The notes under the pieces are model-generated. The model was given only the letters and a program-made list of their open reading frames with translations. It did not search any database and was not told the origin of the DNA. Position numbers and translations under genes: made by a program. This document shows positions 49,623 to 60,023 of a stretch of 64,000 nt of DNA, piece after piece (positions within the stretch are counted from its first letter, which is position 1; each line of letters begins with the position of its first letter). This DNA is from an uncultured delta proteobacterium (GTDB taxonomy: Bacteria; Desulfobacterota; Syntrophia; Syntrophales; UBA5619): positions 96,001-160,000 of the forward strand of contig CAWFOM010000016.1 in NCBI GenBank assembly GCA_963817385.1. The letters are read 5' to 3'.

Positions 49623-50918
49623 ATGGCGACTCAAACGACCAAGCTGCGACCATTGAAGGAAGGACCGAAAAGCGATGCCGCCTGGCTTACCGAACTATGC
49701 CTGAGCCGTGTCGGCTTTGTTTTCATCTTTACCACCTACTCGGCGGCTCTGCCACTGCTGAAAACCGATTGGAGCATGTCGGCAAGCGAGGCCGGCCTTG
49801 TACAATCGGCATGGCACACCGGCTACCTGATATCGCTGTTCGTGGCCGGCTTTATTGCCGACCGCTATGGCGCTAAAAAAACGTTTCTTGCCGGCAGCAT
49901 CCTCGCCGGCATCAGTGCACTCCTGTTCGCGTTTTGCGCTGACGGCTTTCTTTCCGGGCTCATGCTCTACGGATTTACCGGACTGTGTTCGGGAGCATCG
50001 TATACACCGGGATTGACGCTGATTGCAGAGCGTTTCATGACGTACCAACGCGGCCGCGCGATGGGCTGGTATCTTGCCGCCTCTTCGCTCGGCTATGGCG
50101 TGTCGCTTATCCTGAGCGGACTCCTGATGCCGCTTGTTGGCTGGCGAGGCTCGTTCATCGTCACCGCGTGCGGACCGATCGCCGCAACGGTGATCGCATA
50201 CCAGACGCTGCGCACTACCTCCAACGTGGTGCATCCACGCGGCACAGAACACGCCGGCTGGTTTTCTCTGCTTCAGGTATGGCGCAACAAGCCGGCGATG
50301 CTCTTGATCTGGGCTTATGTATTCCACGCATGGGAGCTTCTGGGCCTCTGGGCGTGGCTGCCTGCCTACCTCGCCGTGTCGATCACCCACGGTGGTGGCA
50401 TGACGATGCAGGCCGCCGGCGTCGGCGCGCTTTTTACCGCGCTCACCTACATCACCAGCATGAGCGGCAGCATCTACGGGGGAGAGCTGTCGGATCGCTG
50501 GGGGCGTACCAGGGTCATTCTCTGGTCAGCATGTCTGAGCCTGGTGTGCTCGTTCACTTTCGGTTGGATGATGGCGCTGCCGCTTTGGCTTCTGGTAGCG
50601 GTAGCCGCCGTCTACAACATCACCGCCATCGCCGATTCGTCGGTCTATTCGACCGGCATCACGGAATTGGTGCCGCCGCAATATCTGGGAGCCGCTTACG
50701 CACTGCGTTCGCTGCTCGGTTTCGGCGCCGGCGTCGTCAGCCCCTGGGTGTTCGGGCTGGTGATCGACTGGTCGCGCGGCGAACCGCTCCGTTCGGAGAC
50801 CATGGCGTGGGGGCTTGCGTGGACTTCACTCGGCGTCGGCGCCGTGCTCGGACCGCTGATGACGTTCATACTGCGCGCCATGCCGGAAGCGCGCGGCATG
50901 GCGGATGGAAAACGGTAA
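49623..50918 (+). CDS. MFS transporter
   Basis: GFIADRYGAKK and GELSDRWGRTR motif A; about 12 TMs. Confidence 0.9.
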   Translation: MATQTTKLRPLKEGPKSDAAWLTELCLSRVGFVFIFTTYSAALPLLKTDWSMSASEAGLVQSAWHTGYLISLFVAGFIADRYGAKKTFLAGSILAGISALLFAFCADGFLSGLMLYGFTGLCSGASYTPGLTLIAERFMTYQRGRAMGWYLAASSLGYGVSLILSGLLMPLVGWRGSFIVTACGPIAATVIAYQTLRTTSNVVHPRGTEHAGWFSLLQVWRNKPAMLLIWAYVFHAWELLGLWAWLPAYLAVSITHGGGMTMQAAGVGALFTALTYITSMSGSIYGGELSDRWGRTRVILWSACLSLVCSFTFGWMMALPLWLLVAVAAVYNITAIADSSVYSTGITELVPPQYLGAAYALRSLLGFGAGVVSPWVFGLVIDWSRGEPLRSETMAWGLAWTSLGVGAVLGPLMTFILRAMPEARGMADGKR

Positions 50919-50928
50919 CATCCCTCCT

Positions 50929-51735
50929 CTATGATACCTCCGTCGTGCAGGTCATCCTGCCCACCCGTCCGGCCGGGTCCTGACGGTAATATTCGTTCAG
51001 GACACGATAGAGGTCGGGGGCGTGTTCTTTCATCCGGAGGGGCTGGTCGAAGAACTGCTCCGTGGCAACGGCGAAGAATTCGGCTTCGCTGGTGGCCGCG
51101 TAGGCGCTCAGAAAGGATTTCCTGCCTTTTTCGGCATCGTGCTTGAGGCGGAGGTATTCGCGCGAACAGACGCTGACCCAGTCGCGGTATTCGCCGCGGT
51201 CCCTGAGTGGAGGGGTGCCGTCGGCCGCGCCGTCGAGCATATCGAGTTTGTGGGCAAATTCATGATAGACGACATTATGGCCCTGTTCCGGGTGGCGGCT
51301 GCCGCGAAGGATGGCATCCCAGATGAGGATGACAGGCCCCTGCCGGAATGCTTGTCCGATGATGGGTCGGGCGATTTCGAGCGGGGCGAGGGCGGTTTCG
51401 AAATGGCCGAGTTTTCGCTGGGGAGGGATGACGGTGGAGGGGTAAACGAGTATGGACTGGACGTTTCGGTAGAAGTCGTGCGGGAGGCCCAGCAGCAGGA
51501 GGCATGCCTGGGCAGCGATGGTGACGCGGATTTCGTCGGTGAGATCGAGCCCACCGCACCCTTCCCAGCGTTTCTCGGCAATGAAGATCTGGATGAGGGC
51601 GTGAAGTCTGGTGCGCTCGGCGGCATCTAGCATGCAGTAGTGGATGACGTTACGGCGGACTATCCCTTCCCACGTGGGGGGGAAGGGCACTTCGGCGAGC
51701 TTTTTGCGGCGACGGTCGGAAAGCCAGGGAAACAC
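50929..51735 (-). CDS. mtfA: Peptidase M90 / MtfA family zinc peptidase
   Basis: TIAAQACLLLL, ILVYP, NVVYHEFAHKLD, YAATSEAEFFAVATEQFF. Confidence 0.9.
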   Translation of the reverse strand: MFPWLSDRRRKKLAEVPFPPTWEGIVRRNVIHYCMLDAAERTRLHALIQIFIAEKRWEGCGGLDLTDEIRVTIAAQACLLLLGLPHDFYRNVQSILVYPSTVIPPQRKLGHFETALAPLEIARPIIGQAFRQGPVILIWDAILRGSRHPEQGHNVVYHEFAHKLDMLDGAADGTPPLRDRGEYRDWVSVCSREYLRLKHDAEKGRKSFLSAYAATSEAEFFAVATEQFFDQPLRMKEHAPDLYRVLNEYYRQDPAGRVGRMTCTTEVS

Positions 51736-51943
51736 GGGGCTCCTTGTCGTATCGATAGCGATAACCAGTGACGACCGCGCAAAAAGAGCTTTTCCCCTCG
51801 CCGGTTAAAGAGAGGGGGGAAGGAATTGCGGACTTTTTGCAGGGCATCAACGCTGCGGCAAGTAGAGTATAGAAAGAAGGTGTTTGTTCGTCAAGGGAAT
51901 TAGCGCCCTTGTGCAAACGGAATGTCGGCACCGCTTGCAGGGA

Positions 51944-52336
51944 TCAGCCGCCAACCTGCTTCTTTCCCCGTCTTTCATCGATATCGCCGGGATACATCAC
52001 TGCATCTTGGCCCCGTTCACGGGTCCGGACACGGATGACCTCCTCCACGGGATAGACGAACAGGAGTCCGTCTCCGGGTTCTCCCGTGTAGGCAGCGCTG
52101 AGGATGGTTTGAATCGTCTCTTCCAGATTGCGGTCGCTCAGGACGATGTTGATCTGGATCTTGGTCAACATGTTGACCTGGTAGGTTCCGGCCCGGCCTA
52201 ACAGCTGAATGCCTCCCTGACGACCGTGGCCCCGGATCTCGAACATATTCAACCCCACGATGCCGATTTTTCCCAACGCATCCTTGACATCGTTGACCTT
52301 ATCTTCCCGTATGATGGCTTCGATCTTTTTGAGCAT
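51944..52336 (-). CDS. glnK: P-II nitrogen regulator with a C-terminal extension
   Basis: MLKKIEAIIR, GHGRQ, TGEPGDG, RVRTRERG; directly downstream of amtB. Confidence 0.88.
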   Translation of the reverse strand: MLKKIEAIIREDKVNDVKDALGKIGIVGLNMFEIRGHGRQGGIQLLGRAGTYQVNMLTKIQINIVLSDRNLEETIQTILSAAYTGEPGDGLLFVYPVEEVIRVRTRERGQDAVMYPGDIDERRGKKQVGG

Positions 52337-52492
52337 TGCAACATCTCCTCACTCTGACAAAGGTTTGCACCGGTTCATGAATCCGCCCGCGAGCGCATTC
52401 CCCACGGTTTACCGCGGGGTAAGGGAGCAAAAACGGAATGGTTTGTTCCCCTAAAGGATTGAACAAACTCCGCAGCTTACTCAAGGAGAACC

Positions 52493-53716
52493 TCAATAAG
52501 ATCTCTCGCCGTGGGAACTGATATCCAGTCCGACCTCCTCCTCCATGACCGTTACCCGTAATCCAACGCTCCAACTAAGCAACTTGGCCAATACGAAGGT
52601 AATCCCGAAGCTATAGACGATCGTGACCATCACGGCAAAAAGCTGAACGCCGATCTGTCCGGGATTACCGAAGAACAGGCCATTGGCACCGTCGCCATTG
52701 ACGGCCGTCGTGGCAAAAAGACCGGTGGCCGCCATGCCCCACGTGCTGGAGATACCGTGACATGCCCAGACATCGAGAGACTCGTCGAGTTTTCGATTGT
52801 CCCGAAAACGCATTGTATAATAGGAGAGTGGCGCCGCTACGGCCCCGATCACCAGGGAGGCCAGAGGCGTTACATAACCCGACGCCGGAGTCACCGCTGC
52901 CAGGCCTACGACCATCCCCGTGGCGATCCCCAAAGTGCTGGGCCGGCCATCCAGCCAGGAGAGCAGCATCCAGACCAGACCCGCCGTTGCAGCGGAGGTG
53001 TTAGTGGTCAAGAGGGCATTCACCGCCACACCATTGGCGGCCAGGGCACTGCCGGCGTTAAAGCCGAACCATCCTACCCAGAGTAATCCGGCTCCCAGGA
53101 CCGTCAGCGGTATGTTGTTCGGCTCCATGGGAAACTTGCCGAACCCTTTGCGCGGACCGATCACCAGCGCAAAGGCAAGGGCGGAAAAACCGGCGGCGAT
53201 ATGGACCACCGTCCCGCCGGCGAAATCCAGAACCCCCATTTCCTTCAACCAACCGCCCTGCCCCCAAACCCAGTGGCACAGAGGATCATATACCAGGGTC
53301 GCCCAAAGCAGGCTGAACAACAGAAAGCTCTTGAATTTCACCCGCTCCACAAAGGCGCCGGTGATCAAGGCCGGCGTTATGACCGCAAACATCATCTGAA
53401 AAGCGGCGAACAACCCATGCGGGATCGTCTTGCTGTAGTTTCCGTTGGGCAGCGCATCTACGCCGGTAAATCCGACAAAGTTCAGACCGCCGATCAGCCC
53501 TTTAATGTCCGAACCGAAGGCGAGGGAATAACCGTAGACCACCCACTGGACGCCGATCAGGGCCATGAAGATATAACTCAGGGTTAACGTGGAAAGAACA
53601 TTTTTCCGGCGCACCATCCCCCCGTAGAAAAGCGCCAGGGCCGGCGTCATCAGGAGCACCAGAGAACAACAAACCAGAATCCAGGCGGTATCGCCTGCGT
53701 TGATCGGATCGACCAT
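52493..53716 (-). CDS. amtB: Ammonium transporter
   Basis: FYGGMVRRKN, FQMMFAVIT, DFAGGTVVH, WFGFNAGS, DESLDVWACHG. Confidence 0.95.
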   Translation of the reverse strand: MVDPINAGDTAWILVCCSLVLLMTPALALFYGGMVRRKNVLSTLTLSYIFMALIGVQWVVYGYSLAFGSDIKGLIGGLNFVGFTGVDALPNGNYSKTIPHGLFAAFQMMFAVITPALITGAFVERVKFKSFLLFSLLWATLVYDPLCHWVWGQGGWLKEMGVLDFAGGTVVHIAAGFSALAFALVIGPRKGFGKFPMEPNNIPLTVLGAGLLWVGWFGFNAGSALAANGVAVNALLTTNTSAATAGLVWMLLSWLDGRPSTLGIATGMVVGLAAVTPASGYVTPLASLVIGAVAAPLSYYTMRFRDNRKLDESLDVWACHGISSTWGMAATGLFATTAVNGDGANGLFFGNPGQIGVQLFAVMVTIVYSFGITFVLAKLLSWSVGLRVTVMEEEVGLDISSHGERSY

Positions 53717-53754
53717 GATATCCCCCCTCTCCCCGGATAATGGATCAATCGCAA

Positions 53755-53769
53755 GCAAGTATTCTGCCA
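53755..53769 (-). promoter_or_regulatory. Sigma54 promoter of amtB-glnK
   Basis: TGGCAGAATACTTGC (GG-N10-GC) on the minus strand, 38 bp upstream of the ATG. Confidence 0.75.
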
Positions 53770-54136
53770 GGATAAATTATCGTACATCTTTCATAAGTTA
53801 TGCGATAACGATCCCGGGAAGAGCATACATAATTGTCAGCTCCGCGGAGAATAGAACATAATTGTTCCGTTTATGAAAAAGAACGGTGAGGCCTCCGCCG
53901 CAGGCGACCACGTCATCCTCGTTGTAAGAGCCGGGCCTAACTTCAGCGATAGATTCCCCCTACCGATAACCACACAATCAATCCTCATTGCCTTTAGTCC
54001 TTACATTACGTAGGCTTCTAATCAAGGTCTCCATAAACCAGCCTGACTTCGAGACCAGATGGAATGCCGCTCTCTGGCGGATGGCTTCGGGTTCGTCATC
54101 CGGCGAGGACTATGAGCAATCAGAAAGGAGGACCAC

Positions 54137-54331
54137 ATGTTGTGGACGATAGCTGTCGTACTGATAATTGTGTGGATGCTGGGGCTTGGTACCGGCTTTA
54201 CCATGGGTTCGTTCATCCACATTCTCTATGCAGCGGCCGTTGCCCTGCTGGTGGTCAGTCTCAGTCAGGAGGTTGTGATCAACCGGAGGCTGAGACATGT
54301 ATCGCGCAGCCGCAGCCAAAACCAGAGATAG
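54137..54331 (+). CDS. lmo0937-family (DUF5670) small membrane protein
   Basis: MLWTIAVVLIIVWMLGL...GSFIHIL; RBS GAAAGGAGG. Confidence 0.82.
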   Translation: MLWTIAVVLIIVWMLGLGTGFTMGSFIHILYAAAVALLVVSLSQEVVINRRLRHVSRSRSQNQR

Positions 54332-54397
54332 CAAGCGAGCCCCGATAGGTTTACTGCAGTTTCCGCTTCGCGATCCATTGCGATAGATCATGCACGT

Positions 54398-54982
54398 TCA
54401 GACTGTAGAGTGGTCGCGGTGTCGCCGCCAGTTGTCGAGATACGGTTTGGCAAGCTCTTTTGAGCGGATGATAAGTAGGTTCTCCGCGTTTTTATCCTCA
54501 GCGGCCCTCGTAAAATTGAACGAGCCCGTGATCACAACCGACTGATCGATGATGATGATCTTGTTATGGGCGATGGCGTGCCGGGCATCGATGTAGGTGG
54601 GGATGCGGGCGTTCATCAGGAACGTGGACGACGAGTACTTCTGGGTCTTCTGGCTCTTGTCGAGGATCACTTCGACCTTGATTCCCCGCTTGTGCGCCTT
54701 AAGCAGGGCCTCGGCGATCGGGGCGGAGGTGAAGGAGTACGCCTGGACTCGGATCTCGGTGCGGGCCTGGTCGATTTCCCTGACGATCGCTTCAGTGGCA
54801 CCGTTGTTGGGGCTGAAATAGACCCCGACCGGCGGGACGCGGCCGATATCGACCTCGATGGCCCGGACGGTCTGACCCCAGAAGAGTATGACCGACAATA
54901 GGACAAGGGCGCTTACGGCGCAGACCGGGACAAGACGTGAGAAAACGGAACTCCGGATGCACCGGGACGTGAACATCATCAA
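54398..54982 (-). CDS. PLD-family endonuclease (Nuc-like)
   Basis: VYFSP, QAYSFTSAPIAEAL, HNKIIIID...TGSFNFT, NAENLL; hydrophobic N-terminus. Confidence 0.9.
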   Translation of the reverse strand: MMMFTSRCIRSSVFSRLVPVCAVSALVLLSVILFWGQTVRAIEVDIGRVPPVGVYFSPNNGATEAIVREIDQARTEIRVQAYSFTSAPIAEALLKAHKRGIKVEVILDKSQKTQKYSSSTFLMNARIPTYIDARHAIAHNKIIIIDQSVVITGSFNFTRAAEDKNAENLLIIRSKELAKPYLDNWRRHRDHSTV

Positions 54983-55270
54983 CTGATCATCAATCTGGCG
55001 GCCGCTCTCCGGCCCCCGCCTTCCTCAAGTGAAATTGCTTTCCATCGGGTGAGTGTTCCTTAGTTTATTCCGCCTCTCCTGTCAAGGGGCATAACGCGCG
55101 CCGCGGAATGGGGCGGCCGCCGCTTCAGCGGGAAGAAACCCGCCGGAAAGGTGACGCCGGTCATGCCGGCCGGAGGATTTTGTGTGTAAGGCGAACGAAA
55201 CTACGGTACCGATGAACGGGATTGGAAACAGACCTGCGGCAGATTCACCCTTTGCATGCGTTACTCGTCA

Positions 55271-55951
55271 TCAGGGGGTCCGCTTCTTGAGGGATGCGAG
55301 ATCACGAATATGGATACAATTCCGCGATGTGGACACGATTCCTTTATCGCGAAGGTGTTTTAATTCTTTATTGATGCTTTCCCGGGAGACACCAAGAATG
55401 TTTCCCAATTCTTGTTGAGAAACTTGTAACGTGCACTCATTCGGATTTTTCTCATCGGGTGGCTGTAGTTGAGCCAATTCGACGAGTTTTTGTACCAGCC
55501 GGAGTGACAAATTCAGAAAACACATCTCTGCCAAGAGGGTATCCGTCTTGCGCAATCGGACGGAGAGGGAGGAAAGGACCGCATGCACGGCTTTTTCATT
55601 ATTGACAAGGAAAGAGAGAAAATCCTTGCGATTGAGTGAGTAGAGGTAAGAATCTTCCAGCGCGATTGCATCAGCGGAACGCGGCTGACCGTCGAGCAGG
55701 GCCATCTCGCCTAAAAATTCACCTTGGCCGAGAATCGCCAGAGTCATTACATCCATTTGCCTGGATAAAGAAATTTTTATTCGCCCCTGCAAAATGAGAT
55801 ACAGTGATACTCCTTCATCGCCCTGCCGGAAAAGGATCTCCCCCTTCCTCAGATTCACCCGCCTCAGCAGGCTCACGAGATTCTGCTGGTCCGCCTCCGG
55901 AAGCGAGGCGAATAAGGGAATCTTTTTGAGTACATTAATCGGTGAAATCAC
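55271..55951 (-). CDS. Crp/Fnr family regulator
   Basis: LFRQGD, GEMALLDGQPRSADA cNMP pocket, SQQELGNILGVSRESIN helix-turn-helix; GTG after AAGGAGG. Confidence 0.92.
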   Translation of the reverse strand: MISPINVLKKIPLFASLPEADQQNLVSLLRRVNLRKGEILFRQGDEGVSLYLILQGRIKISLSRQMDVMTLAILGQGEFLGEMALLDGQPRSADAIALEDSYLYSLNRKDFLSFLVNNEKAVHAVLSSLSVRLRKTDTLLAEMCFLNLSLRLVQKLVELAQLQPPDEKNPNECTLQVSQQELGNILGVSRESINKELKHLRDKGIVSTSRNCIHIRDLASLKKRTP

Positions 55952-56340
55952 GGAGCCCCTCCTTATGTTAGAGAAAATCACCTATGAAATGTGAAGAAGC
56001 TCAGATAGGTTGCCTCAATTGCCATCGATCATACAATAATCCGTCTTTATCATAGAGGCAAGAAAAATTACTGTAAAGATTGATCCCGATTATGTTCCGG
56101 GGTGTTGACAGCATCCTCGTGCTTGAGGTCCCGAACGAAAATTATTATCATAGCCTGCCTAGATTACGATACTTCGCATTGGCAGGTCCCTCCGTGCAGC
56201 CAGAAATTCCTGATAGCGGTGTCATTTCCATTGACAATTTCTCTGTTTTTTGACCAGATCAAAAACTGGAGAACAGGCATAATGATAACGATCATTCAAG
56301 AATGGACGGGCTTGCCGTTTATGAATCCTGGTTATATTTG

Positions 56341-57489
56341 ATGGCAATATACCTGATTGTGCTGATGTGCACCTTGAACCATGCCGGGTTTGGGGGAAGT
56401 CGGGTCGCGGTTTCGCTTTACGCCCTTGAACTCGGGGCGAACCAGTTTGCGATTGGGGTGCTGATGGCGCTCTACGGACTGTGTCCGATGCTCCTGGCAG
56501 TCTCTATCGGCAAGCTGGCTGATCGCATCGGCTCGCGGCTGCCCATGCTGCTGGGTACCGCGGGCATATCCATGGCGCTGTTGCTTCCACCGCTCTTTCC
56601 CGGGCTTGTCACGCTTTACATCTTGGCTCTGCTGATCGGCACGTCATTTCAATTCTTTTTTGTCGCCGTGACGGGTATCGCAGGCGGCATCGGCGGCGTG
56701 GGAAACCGTGTCCGCAATTACGCACTGCTCAGTCTCGGATTTTCCGGCGCGGGTTTCCTGGGACCCATGGCAGCGGGATTTTCGATCGACCATCTCGGCC
56801 ACTTACCCACCTTCGGGCTTCTCGCCTCATTTCCGTTGATACCTCTGCTGTTGCTTTGGTTCAAGCCGGGATTTCTCCCCCCTGCCGGTAAACGTGAGGC
56901 GGCGGACGGACAGCGAAACGCGCTCGACCTGTGGCGCATCCCGATCCTGCGCAACACCTTCATCGCAAGCGGCATCATATCGTCGGCGTGGGATCTCTTT
57001 CAGTTCTACCTGCCGATCTATGGTTACTCGATAGGCCTGTCTGCAACCGCCATCGGTACGGTACTCGGCGTTTTTGCGCTCGCTACGTTCGTAATCCGCA
57101 TGGCCCTGCCCCGTCTGATAAAAATGTCACCTGAGGCGGCAATCCTGACATATGCGATCTTCGTAGCGGCGGTGGCCTTCGTGCTGTTCCCGTTTTTCCG
57201 GAATGCCACTGCTCTGGCGGCCATTGCGTTCCTCCTGGGACTCGGCTGCGGATGCGGCCAGCCGCTGTCGATGTCTTTGATCTATGCGCTTTCGCCGCCG
57301 GGGCGCGTGGCGGAATCCAGCGGCCTGCGGGTGACGGTAAACAATTTCGCGCATCTGGTGATCCCGCTTGTCTTCGGGAGTTTGGGTACGGTATTCGGCT
57401 TCTTTCCGGTATTTGTTTCAAACTCGGTGATGCTGGTCGCCGGCGGTTTTCTCATGCGCAGGAACAACGCGCCGCGATCCGGGGTATAG
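56341..57489 (+). CDS. MFS transporter
   Basis: GKLADRIGSR motif A; many TMs. Confidence 0.88.
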   Translation: MAIYLIVLMCTLNHAGFGGSRVAVSLYALELGANQFAIGVLMALYGLCPMLLAVSIGKLADRIGSRLPMLLGTAGISMALLLPPLFPGLVTLYILALLIGTSFQFFFVAVTGIAGGIGGVGNRVRNYALLSLGFSGAGFLGPMAAGFSIDHLGHLPTFGLLASFPLIPLLLLWFKPGFLPPAGKREAADGQRNALDLWRIPILRNTFIASGIISSAWDLFQFYLPIYGYSIGLSATAIGTVLGVFALATFVIRMALPRLIKMSPEAAILTYAIFVAAVAFVLFPFFRNATALAAIAFLLGLGCGCGQPLSMSLIYALSPPGRVAESSGLRVTVNNFAHLVIPLVFGSLGTVFGFFPVFVSNSVMLVAGGFLMRRNNAPRSGV

Positions 57490-57606
57490 CAGGCGTCATT
57501 TGGTATCGTTCGTAAAAAAATGTTTCACCGATGAACATATCGTGGCATACTATGAGAGTTCAGGGGGATTCCCCTGCACGGACACACCAACCGGGAAAGG
57601 AACCGT

Positions 57607-58116
57607 ATGCTGGAATTGCTGAGAAAAAGAAGAAGCATCCGAAAATTCAAGAAGGACCGAATTGCCCAGGCCACCATAGATGATCTGAAAGAAGCGGTAT
57701 TGCGGTCTCCCTCTTCACGGAACAACCGGCCATGGAAATTCTTCTTCGTGCAGGATGCAGAGGTTCTCACGAGACTGTCCCGCTGCAAGGAAAGCGGATC
57801 CGCTTTCCTGAAAGACGCATCTCTTGCGGTGGTGGTCTGCGGCGATGAAACCCTATCCGACGTATGGATCGAGGATTGTTCCATCGGCGCGATCATCCTG
57901 CACCTGACCGCCGAAAGCCTGGGCTTGGGGGGCTGCTGGATCCAGATAAGAAATCGGATACACAGCGCCGAGACGACAGCCGAGGATTATGTGCGCAACA
58001 TCCTCGGTATCGTCCACCCGCTCAGGGTTTTAGCCATCATCGCCATCGGACTTCCGGATGAGGTCAAGGCCGGCCATCCCTATGAAAAGCTCGATCACGG
58101 GAAAATCGTCGCGTAA
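57607..58116 (+). CDS. Nitroreductase family protein
   Basis: KRRSIRKF, SPSSRNNRPWKF, AESLGLGGCW. Confidence 0.92.
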   Translation: MLELLRKRRSIRKFKKDRIAQATIDDLKEAVLRSPSSRNNRPWKFFFVQDAEVLTRLSRCKESGSAFLKDASLAVVVCGDETLSDVWIEDCSIGAIILHLTAESLGLGGCWIQIRNRIHSAETTAEDYVRNILGIVHPLRVLAIIAIGLPDEVKAGHPYEKLDHGKIVA

Positions 58117-58190
58117 CACCGTGCCGGCATCCCTGATCAAGCCGTTGTGGGCGCTCCTGCTGGCATGCAGCGTGAGTTCCTGCGGAGCAA

Positions 58191-60014
58191 TTACGCGTAC
58201 TTCTCCTCGCGGTAATGGGCCATCCGGACCTGAGGGTCCAGATCCCGCTTCCTCAGGCGGATGCTCTCGGGAGTCACCTCGACGAGCTCGTCCTCGGCGA
58301 TGAACTCGATGCATTGATCGAGCGACATCGGCCGCGCCGCTCTCAGGATGACGGTCTGGTCCGACGTGGAGCTCCGCATGTTCGTGAGCTTCTTCTCCTT
58401 GACGATGTTGACGTTCATGTCGATGGAGCGGTTCCGCTCCCCGACGACCATCCCGCCGTAGACTTCGGTTCCCGGCGTCACTATCAGCTCGCCCCGATCC
58501 GCCATGGCATGGGCGGCATAGGCGGTTACCCGTCCCGGCCGGTCGGCCACGAGCGCCCCCGTCACCCGCTGCGGGATCGCGCCGAACCAGGGTTCATACC
58601 CCTCGAAGAGGGTGTTCATCACGCCGGCGCCTTTCGTGTCGGTAAGGAAGTGGCTCCGAAAGCCGATGAGGCCGCGCGCCGGAATGATGAACTCCATGTT
58701 CACCCGGCCGCTCCCCTTGTTGACCAAGTTCACCATCCTCCCCTTTCTGACGGCGAGCTTCTCCGTGAGGACCCCCACGAACACCTCGGGGATGTCGAGG
58801 AAGAGGCGCTCGACCGGTTCGAGGACCTTGTCGCCCTCGGTCTTTGTGATCACCTGAGGCTTGGAGACCATGAACTCGTACCCCTCCCGGCGCATCGTCT
58901 CGATGAGGATCGCCATCTGTAGCTCCCCCCGCCCGCATACCTCGTAAGAGTCCGCCCTCTCCGTCGCCTTCACCCTAAGCGCCACGTTCCGGAGGATCTC
59001 CCGTTCGAGGCGATCGCGGATGTGGCGGGAGGTGAGGTAGCGTCCTTCCCGGCCGGCCATCGGGCCGTTGTTGACAAAAAAGAGCATCGAGACGGTCGGT
59101 TCGTCCACGCGGATCCTGGGCAGGGGCCGCGGGTTCTCCAGGGAGGAGACCGTGTCGCCGATGTTGAGGTTCGAGACGCCGGCGAAGGCGACGATGTCAC
59201 CCGCTTCGACCCGCTCCACCGGCACCTTCTTGAGGCCCGCAAAGGTGTAGATGGCGGAAAATTTGATCCCCGGGGTCACCGTCTTCTCGCCGCAGAGGCT
59301 ATAGGCCTGACGCATCTCCAGGACGCCGTTCATCAGGCGTCCGATGGCGATCTGGCCGACATAAGAATCGTAGTCGAGGTTCGTCACGAGAAACTGCGGT
59401 GTCGCCTCGTCATCCCCCTCCGGTCCGGGGATCGCCGTGAGGATCGTCTCGAAGAGCGGCTGGAAATCCGTCGATGCGTCCCCCGGTTTCCGGTGGGCGA
59501 CGCCGATTTTGGCGTTCGTGTAGAGGATGGGAAACTCGATCTGTTCCTCCGTGGCGTCGAGGTCGATGAAGAGGTCATACACCTCGTTGATCACCTCCTC
59601 GATCCGGGCGTCGGGACGGTCGATCTTGTTGATGACAAGAACGATGGGTATCCGCCGAGCGAGCGCCTTCTTCAGGACGAAGCGGGTCTGGGGGAGCGGA
59701 CCTTCGCTCGCGTCGACCAGGAGCATCGCCCCGTCCACCATGTTGAGGCTCCGCTCGACCTCCCCGCCGAAATCGGCATGGCCCGGGGTGTCGCAGATAT
59801 TGATCTTCGTCCCCGCATAGAAGATGGCCGTGTTCTTGGCCATGATCGTGATGCCCCGCTCGCGTTCGAGGTCGAGCGAATCCATCACGCGATCCTCCAG
59901 GACCTGGTGATCGTTGAAGGTTCCCGTCTGCCTGAGCATCCCATCCACAAGCGTTGTCTTGCCGTGATCTACGTGGGAAATAATAGCGATGTTTCTGATG
60001 TTTTTCTTGCGCAT
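58191..60014 (-). CDS. typA: Translational GTPase TypA/BipA
   Basis: [49 protein letters not shown]. Confidence 0.97.
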   Translation of the reverse strand: MRKKNIRNIAIISHVDHGKTTLVDGMLRQTGTFNDHQVLEDRVMDSLDLERERGITIMAKNTAIFYAGTKINICDTPGHADFGGEVERSLNMVDGAMLLVDASEGPLPQTRFVLKKALARRIPIVLVINKIDRPDARIEEVINEVYDLFIDLDATEEQIEFPILYTNAKIGVAHRKPGDASTDFQPLFETILTAIPGPEGDDEATPQFLVTNLDYDSYVGQIAIGRLMNGVLEMRQAYSLCGEKTVTPGIKFSAIYTFAGLKKVPVERVEAGDIVAFAGVSNLNIGDTVSSLENPRPLPRIRVDEPTVSMLFFVNNGPMAGREGRYLTSRHIRDRLEREILRNVALRVKATERADSYEVCGRGELQMAILIETMRREGYEFMVSKPQVITKTEGDKVLEPVERLFLDIPEVFVGVLTEKLAVRKGRMVNLVNKGSGRVNMEFIIPARGLIGFRSHFLTDTKGAGVMNTLFEGYEPWFGAIPQRVTGALVADRPGRVTAYAAHAMADRGELIVTPGTEVYGGMVVGERNRSIDMNVNIVKEKKLTNMRSSTSDQTVILRAARPMSLDQCIEFIAEDELVEVTPESIRLRKRDLDPQVRMAHYREEKYA

Positions 60015-60023
60015 GGTTTTCCC

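Noticed and set aside
40030..51826. Degenerate CCCC/GGGG hairpins at about 40030-40068, 43580-43640 and 51791-51826
   Set aside because: Could be a second REP-like family or terminators, but too degenerate to define from three copies
55080..55260. GC-rich stems between the PLD nuclease and Crp genes
   Set aside because: No match to RNA families I recognise; expected by chance at this GC content
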